The notes under the pieces: model-generated
Database searches by the model: none
What the model was told of the DNA's origin: nothing
Seen by the model: only the letters and a program-made list of their open reading frames with translations
In this document: positions 58,991 to 64,000 of the stretch, in pieces
Layout: every line of letters starts with the position of its first letter
How positions within the stretch are numbered: position 1 is the first letter of the stretch
Program-made: the position numbers and the translations under genes
Source: a virus
Virus record (IMG/VR): IMGVR_UViG_3300017786_000003
Location: 43,861-107,860 of that record
DNA length: 64,000 nucleotides
Strand: one strand, 5' to 3'

Positions 58991-59661
58991 TATCTATTAA
59001 TATTTATTTTATTATCAGAATCCTCTGGCGGAACTTGCATAGTATTCATCATAGTCTGTATTACTTGAGCTTCTATTTCTGCAAATAATGCTTCAGGTAT
59101 ATATATTTCTTGATCATACCTAGGTATACAGTTATTTGTATCATCACAGTCCCAATTAGTTATATCTGAATCAAATACTCCTTCTAATTTTAAAGCATCC
59201 CATTCAATATTTGGTGCATATATATAACCATCTAACCACCAAAAATATAATGTTTTATTATATTTAAAAGTTGTAGTTTTAGTCATAGAAGTAAAAGTAC
59301 CCGGCTGAGTAGCTTGAAGTTCTTTTGATCCATCTATAGAGCTTACAGTACGTATTAGAGGTCCCCAGTATCCTTCAAACATAGAAGGTAGTTTCTTTTT
59401 AGATCTTTTGATTGTACATCCACTTGTTATACCTGCACAGTGTGCCTCTACTTTATCTACATCAATTAATTCAATATATGGTAATGTTTTCCAAACTGAA
59501 TTAAATTTCATTAGTTTATTGGCATAATCTTGTCTTCTCATTAATACTTGAGCGTACTTCTCTATTAGGCTGTATATATATCTATCAGTTACAAATGCAT
59601 CTTGTACTTCTGCTTTTACTTGACCTCTGATTCTAGATATTGCTTCTGATATTTTTGACAT
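58990..59661 (-). CDS. Putative tail ring/tubular protein
   Basis: RSKKKLP, YFWWLDGYIY, EGVF; synteny. Confidence 0.65.
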   Translation of the reverse strand: MSKISEAISRIRGQVKAEVQDAFVTDRYIYSLIEKYAQVLMRRQDYANKLMKFNSVWKTLPYIELIDVDKVEAHCAGITSGCTIKRSKKKLPSMFEGYWGPLIRTVSSIDGSKELQATQPGTFTSMTKTTTFKYNKTLYFWWLDGYIYAPNIEWDALKLEGVFDSDITNWDCDDTNNCIPRYDQEIYIPEALFAEIEAQVIQTMMNTMQVPPEDSDNKININR

Positions 59662-59666
59662 ATTAT

Positions 59667-60233
59667 TTACTTTTCAAATTCATTATAATGCTTTAACTCT
59701 TCTTTATTCTTATCAGCATTGTGATCATATAAATGAGCCACTCTGTATTTATTTTTCATAACTACATACTTGGTCCAATTTGCAGGATATTCTTTAGCTA
59801 CAGTTCTTTTAAAATCTCTGCATGCTACAAATCTCCATAGATCCCTATTTTTAAATCTATATTTGGTTGACCAATTGGTATAAAATATTTTACCTAAGTT
59901 ACCATCAGTTTCCCAATTTTTATTTTGTAAGACTTTACCGTATTGATTAGAAAGAGCATAATTTGTATTAACTGATTTTGATGAAGGACATGTACCTATA
60001 AATAAATATCCTAATGAATCAGGTAATTCTACACCATCTCTATTTTTAACAACAGCCTTCCATAACTCTATATTGTATAACTTAATTATACTTTTTAATT
60101 TCTTATTATCTATATCAGAATATAAAGGTTTTTTCTCTTTAAATTCTTTTATTGTTTCTCCATTTAATAACCCTAATCTTTTTTCTCTATACCTTGGAGC
60201 TTTTAAATTGGGTTTTTTAAAATTATTAATCAT
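59667..60233 (-). CDS. IHF/HU-like protein of the crAss-like structural module
   Basis: Helical N-terminal half then GVELPDSLGYLFI; basic; position next to tail genes. Confidence 0.5.
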   Translation of the reverse strand: MINNFKKPNLKAPRYREKRLGLLNGETIKEFKEKKPLYSDIDNKKLKSIIKLYNIELWKAVVKNRDGVELPDSLGYLFIGTCPSSKSVNTNYALSNQYGKVLQNKNWETDGNLGKIFYTNWSTKYRFKNRDLWRFVACRDFKRTVAKEYPANWTKYVVMKNKYRVAHLYDHNADKNKEELKHYNEFEK

Positions 60234-60253
60234 ATAGTTATATTTATAATTTA

Positions 60254-60291
60254 CAAAAAAAACCCCACTTTATGAAATTTAAGTGAGGTCT
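60254..60291 (-). terminator. Intrinsic terminator
   Basis: - strand GACCTCACTT...AAGTGGGGTT followed by a long T-run. Confidence 0.65.
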
Positions 60292-61515
60292 TTATAAAGC
60301 TTGATAAGTTAATTCGCAGATGTTACCCATTATAGGGTGTTGTATTTCTAATTTACCAGATCTTCTATTACCTACATATTTGTTACTATAATGATAGTAA
60401 TCTGTCTTTCCTAAACTAGGTAATGTTTTTTCTATAAAACCTGCTGTTTCATTAGATGTCATATATTCAACCTTTCTGTCAGTGTGTATATGACCTTTGA
60501 ATAAAGTTCTATTTATAGTAGCTCCCCATTCTTTAGGGTATTCAGTAGCAAATATTAAAGGATTATTTTTACTACGTTTATCTCCATGCTCAAATGCATT
60601 AAAATTACTATGCCAAACATGAACTTTTCTTTCTTCATAATTTATATCCCATTCTATTTCTTCACTCTCTATTGACTTTGACAGTGCGTGAACTAAATGA
60701 AATGAAGACAATCTATCATGGTTACCTGGTACATAAACAACAACTAATTCTTTACAGAAAGCTTTTATATAATTAATAGCCCAATGCATTGCATCAAATG
60801 CCTGCATATAAGCGTCTGTAGCTTTCATACAGTTATCTAATCCTGTTCCGCTAGTAGTAGTGCCCTCAAACGTATCCATGTTGATTAAATCTCCTCCTAC
60901 AACAAAATACATTTTTTCAATATAATGTACAGGAGCTGCCTTACTCATAAGATATATAATAGTATCTTCAAAATCTTTATCTATAGTATCATTACCTTCT
61001 TTACCAAAATGTATATCTTGTAAAGAAATAACACCACATACTGGGTCAGACTTATCTACTGATTTTAAACTAAATTTTGGAAGCTTATGTTTTTTTGGTT
61101 TCCATACCTCAAGAAGATTTTTAAATAAATTTTCTTCTTGATCTTTCAATTGAGTAACTAATGCTGACACTCTCCAATGATCACCCATTTGTTTATTCCA
61201 ATACTGTGATAATCTCCATTTATTAGTATCTATCTTAAGTAAACTTATAATCTCTTCTGCACTCTTAGGTTCATAATCAAATGTACCAGATATTTTACCT
61301 TCACCTTTATCTAAATCAATAGACTCAACTAATTGTGCTTTATCAGCAGCTTTAGAAAAAAAGTTTGTTTTTTTTCTTTGTTTGCTTCTATCTGCTAATA
61401 TTTCTTTTTTAATTTTTCTATATTCTTCTTCTGTAATTCCTATTCTTTCAGCACTTATTTTAGGATGCTTTTTCCATTTTAATGAGTCAATTACTTTTTG
61501 TTTTATATAGTTCAT
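60292..61515 (-). CDS. Calcineurin-like metallophosphoesterase
   Basis: QDIHFG, GGDLIN, PGNHD, EHGD, GHIH motifs. Confidence 0.88.
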   Translation of the reverse strand: MNYIKQKVIDSLKWKKHPKISAERIGITEEEYRKIKKEILADRSKQRKKTNFFSKAADKAQLVESIDLDKGEGKISGTFDYEPKSAEEIISLLKIDTNKWRLSQYWNKQMGDHWRVSALVTQLKDQEENLFKNLLEVWKPKKHKLPKFSLKSVDKSDPVCGVISLQDIHFGKEGNDTIDKDFEDTIIYLMSKAAPVHYIEKMYFVVGGDLINMDTFEGTTTSGTGLDNCMKATDAYMQAFDAMHWAINYIKAFCKELVVVYVPGNHDRLSSFHLVHALSKSIESEEIEWDINYEERKVHVWHSNFNAFEHGDKRSKNNPLIFATEYPKEWGATINRTLFKGHIHTDRKVEYMTSNETAGFIEKTLPSLGKTDYYHYSNKYVGNRRSGKLEIQHPIMGNICELTYQAL

Positions 61516-61544
61516 CTGTTTTGTGTTTTTTTTATAAAGATAAG

Positions 61545-61579
61545 AAAAAAAAAGAGACTGGCTATTTTAACCAGTCTCT
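61545..61579 (-). terminator. Intrinsic terminator
   Basis: - strand AGAGACTGG-loop-CCAGTCTCT followed by a T-run. Confidence 0.75.
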
Positions 61580-61625
61580 CCAACGTTTGTAGTAGAAAAC
61601 CAACAAACCACCACTCTGTTGTTTT

Positions 61626-62186
61626 TTATGCTGCTATAGTAGAAACTAACAATTCAATAGGTACACATGCTCCACCTATTTGTGAATCTTGTATCTTAAT
61701 TTTGTAAGCTGTACTAGCAGTTAAATTAGTTATTGTATAGTTTGAAATAGTTGTTGCTATTGGAGCAGCGTTTACTAACGTCCATCCTGAAGGATTAATT
61801 TGTGTATCAATATATATATTAATACCATTACTAGAACTCCATATACCATCCCACAGTACATTTATGGAAGAACTAGTTACCACCCCTGCATATTGATTAT
61901 AAGGATTATGTGCTAAATCATTAGATGAACAAGCCCCATTACCATTTATTTGTAATAGACAAAGTTTTTGAATTATCTGATCTAATCTAGTACCAGAAGT
62001 AATTACTATCTGTCCACCAGCTGGGCCAATTTGAAATGATGTACCACAATAACTTACACACGCAGCACACTGAACATCATCACACCTTTCACTTCCTGTA
62101 CTACAATCTGTATACGTACATGGATTAGTCAAAGCTGTATCAGCACAGCTACATTTTTCACTACATTTTGTACAATTACATGCCAT
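61626..62186 (-). CDS. Cys-rich protein with C-terminal FN3-like domain (virion surface protein)
   Basis: N-terminal Cys cluster; SINVLW...YTITNLTASTAYKIKI. Confidence 0.75.
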   Translation of the reverse strand: MACNCTKCSEKCSCADTALTNPCTYTDCSTGSERCDDVQCAACVSYCGTSFQIGPAGGQIVITSGTRLDQIIQKLCLLQINGNGACSSNDLAHNPYNQYAGVVTSSSINVLWDGIWSSSNGINIYIDTQINPSGWTLVNAAPIATTISNYTITNLTASTAYKIKIQDSQIGGACVPIELLVSTIAA

Positions 62187-62204
62187 TTTTTAATTTTTTA
62201 TATT

Positions 62205-64000
62205 TTATGAGCAACCTGCTATTAATTCATTTTGTATAACTGCAGGACCTTCAGATACATTCCAACTACCTCCAGTATTTACTGCTAACTCTCTCCAAGG
62301 ATATACTGTTGAAGCACCTGGTGGAGTATATGTTTTACTTGTTCCTGCTCCAACTACAATTATTTTAATTCCTTGAAGTAAAGCAATTGTTGTTAAAGTA
62401 CCAATTTGTGCATAATCAGTTGCATCAAATGCATCATCTGATCCACTTGGTAGATCATCTGTTATTACAACTATAAATTTAGCCACATTACTTCTAAATG
62501 CACCTACAAGGTTACCTGTCATTATTTGTTGGATTGCCATATCAGTTGGATCTGGAGATCCGTCTCCTTGTCCTAATGGTACACCTGATGTAGGTGCTCC
62601 AGTATTAAGTTTATTTAACTGATTAGTAAATGCAGTACCATTATCATTTCCAAACATTGACCATGCTGTTATGAATTGTCTGTGTCCTCCTCCAGTATTT
62701 ATAATTCTTTGTGCTGCAGGTAATGCAACATAATCACTTGATGTATTATATGTAGGGGTTGATGTAGTACCTTGTGCTTCATCTGCTGTTACTAATGCCA
62801 TTCTATATGGATTAGATCCAGAGTTATTATCTATAGTACCTATAACTGCAGCTATACCAGATTGTAGAGTTCCTATTTCAGTACCCATAGTTGAAGTATA
62901 ATCAAGTACTATTGCTACATCCATACCTGCACTACATGCTTGTGCAACAGCTTGCATAGTAAATGCTTGTGTATTAGGACATATTTGACCTGATACTCCT
63001 TTAAATGATACTGTTATCCTAGCATCATATGTTGTGTTAGCTGTTAAACCGGAAGTAAATTGATGACTTACAGAAGCAGCTGGATTATTAATTGTTTGTG
63101 TTGCCACAACTACTCCACTTGCATTTAAAATATCTATTACGTATGTTGCAGTGGTTCCTAATGTATTAGCAAAGCTTACTGTCACGTTTGTTTGTGTTAT
63201 ACCGCTAATTGTTATTGATGGTGGACAAGGTATTAAACCTGCTACCACACTACTTTGGTTTGCCTCACAAGTATCTACTCCATCTGTTACACTAAAATCT
63301 ACTTGTACAGATATGTTTTGAGAAGTATTTAATGTTTGAGTTGGAAAAATATATCCACTTGATGAATTTTGTAGTTGAGATACGCTAACGGTTGTTTGTA
63401 ATGATGCACCTAATGCATCTGTTAATGTTATTATACTATACCCTGATGTATCATTAAAGTTACTAGGTATAGAAGAAGATTGAAAATCAAATATTATTCC
63501 ATCAATTAAATTGGATGAACTATTGATTCTATTTGTTGTAGAATATCCAAATGTTACTGCACTACAACCACTTGGACAACAATTAGTTTGTATTGAACTT
63601 ATAGCAGCATACATATCATCTATAACTACCCATGCATTTTGTACACTCTGTGCTAAAGTGCTTGCAGAATTATTCCATCCTGTTATAGCACCATAAGTTG
63701 CACTAGAACTTAATGAAGCATAACTTCCAGTAATAACACTTTGTGCAACAGCAGCGTTAATTGCTGCTGGTAAACCCACTGCATTTCTTAAAGCACAAAA
63801 AGCACTCTCAAGTGCTAATACTACTACAGATACATTTGTTAAGGTACCTACATTACTTACACAAGTTGGTACAATCTGTACTTCTGATACAGCACCTGAA
63901 CATGGTAATACACATGCTTCTAAAACATCTAATCTACTACTGTAGCTAGTTAAAGTACTATTTATAAGTTGTATACTTGATAAATTTGTACATACTTGAT
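62205..64000 (-). CDS. FN3 + vWA domain virion protein (N-terminus beyond window end)
   Basis: Frame stays open upstream of GTG 63779 to the window edge; GLTANTTYDARI (FN3); DVAIVLDYTSTM and IVVITDD (vWA). Confidence 0.8.
   Translation of the reverse strand, partial: QVCTNLSSIQLINSTLTSYSSRLDVLEACVLPCSGAVSEVQIVPTCVSNVGTLTNVSVVVLALESAFCALRNAVGLPAAINAAVAQSVITGSYASLSSSATYGAITGWNNSASTLAQSVQNAWVVIDDMYAAISSIQTNCCPSGCSAVTFGYSTTNRINSSSNLIDGIIFDFQSSSIPSNFNDTSGYSIITLTDALGASLQTTVSVSQLQNSSSGYIFPTQTLNTSQNISVQVDFSVTDGVDTCEANQSSVVAGLIPCPPSITISGITQTNVTVSFANTLGTTATYVIDILNASGVVVATQTINNPAASVSHQFTSGLTANTTYDARITVSFKGVSGQICPNTQAFTMQAVAQACSAGMDVAIVLDYTSTMGTEIGTLQSGIAAVIGTIDNNSGSNPYRMALVTADEAQGTTSTPTYNTSSDYVALPAAQRIINTGGGHRQFITAWSMFGNDNGTAFTNQLNKLNTGAPTSGVPLGQGDGSPDPTDMAIQQIMTGNLVGAFRSNVAKFIVVITDDLPSGSDDAFDATDYAQIGTLTTIALLQGIKIIVVGAGTSKTYTPPGASTVYPWRELAVNTGGSWNVSEGPAVIQNELIAGCS

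Larger units (their letters stand above)
1..64000. mobile_element. Segment of a crAss-like (Crassvirales-type) phage genome, probable Bacteroidetes/Flavobacteriia host
   Basis: Giant virion RNAP with ADFDID motif and zincin HExxH, gene order IHF-like/ring/ring/muzzle/cargo/RNAP, PolB, signal peptides with +1 Gln, a Bacteroidetes-type promoter, no cellular housekeeping genes. Confidence 0.9.

Noticed and set aside
63777-63779. GTG start for the 524-aa ORF
   Set aside because: The frame is open to the window end, so the gene is truncated rather than starting here
5922-63949. Many antisense ORFs in the track (e.g. 5922-6431, 7041-7571, 13836-14405, 32787-33356, 41500-41889)
   Set aside because: They lie opposite well-supported genes, have no motifs and look like shadow ORFs
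1-64000. Stop-codon reassignment, as in some crAss-like phages
   Set aside because: Very long ORFs are intact under the standard code, and TAG and TGA both end genes at sensible positions

Overview
The whole window is phage DNA, most consistent with an environmental crAss-like (Crassvirales-type) podovirus of a Bacteroidetes host. It is AT-rich, densely coding and read with the standard genetic code. Bases 1-5019 (+) end a replication module: family B DNA polymerase, a DUF932/945-like protein, a DUF5664-like dNTP diphosphohydrolase and small ORFs. Most of 5100-64000 (-) is the late/virion module. In transcription order it holds FN3/vWA proteins, a metallophosphoesterase, an IHF-like protein, two tail ring proteins, a 2118-aa muzzle/stabilisation protein, four ~1000-aa cargo proteins, a 4565-aa virion RNA polymerase (ADFDID) with a zincin motif, and a 1906-aa cargo protein with a PD-(D/E)xK domain. 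These are followed by an outer-membrane beta-barrel/thioredoxin-like cassette, fibres, a holin and a cluster of tiny basic proteins. A class Id-like nrdBA pair interrupts this module on the + strand. The most unusual signal is in three cargo proteins (42.5-51.6 kb): they are strings of unrelated modules separated by a recurring (Q/K)-x-G-G linker. The modules include a SET domain, a permuted papain-like peptidase, an NlpC/P60 domain, a DUF6973-like domain and basic modules. The same linker recurs in the small basic proteins, suggesting a diglycine-processed effector polyprotein system. A 27-aa stand-alone CDGSH [2Fe-2S] micro-protein missed by the ORF track was also found. All family assignments come from motif recognition by eye, not database searches.
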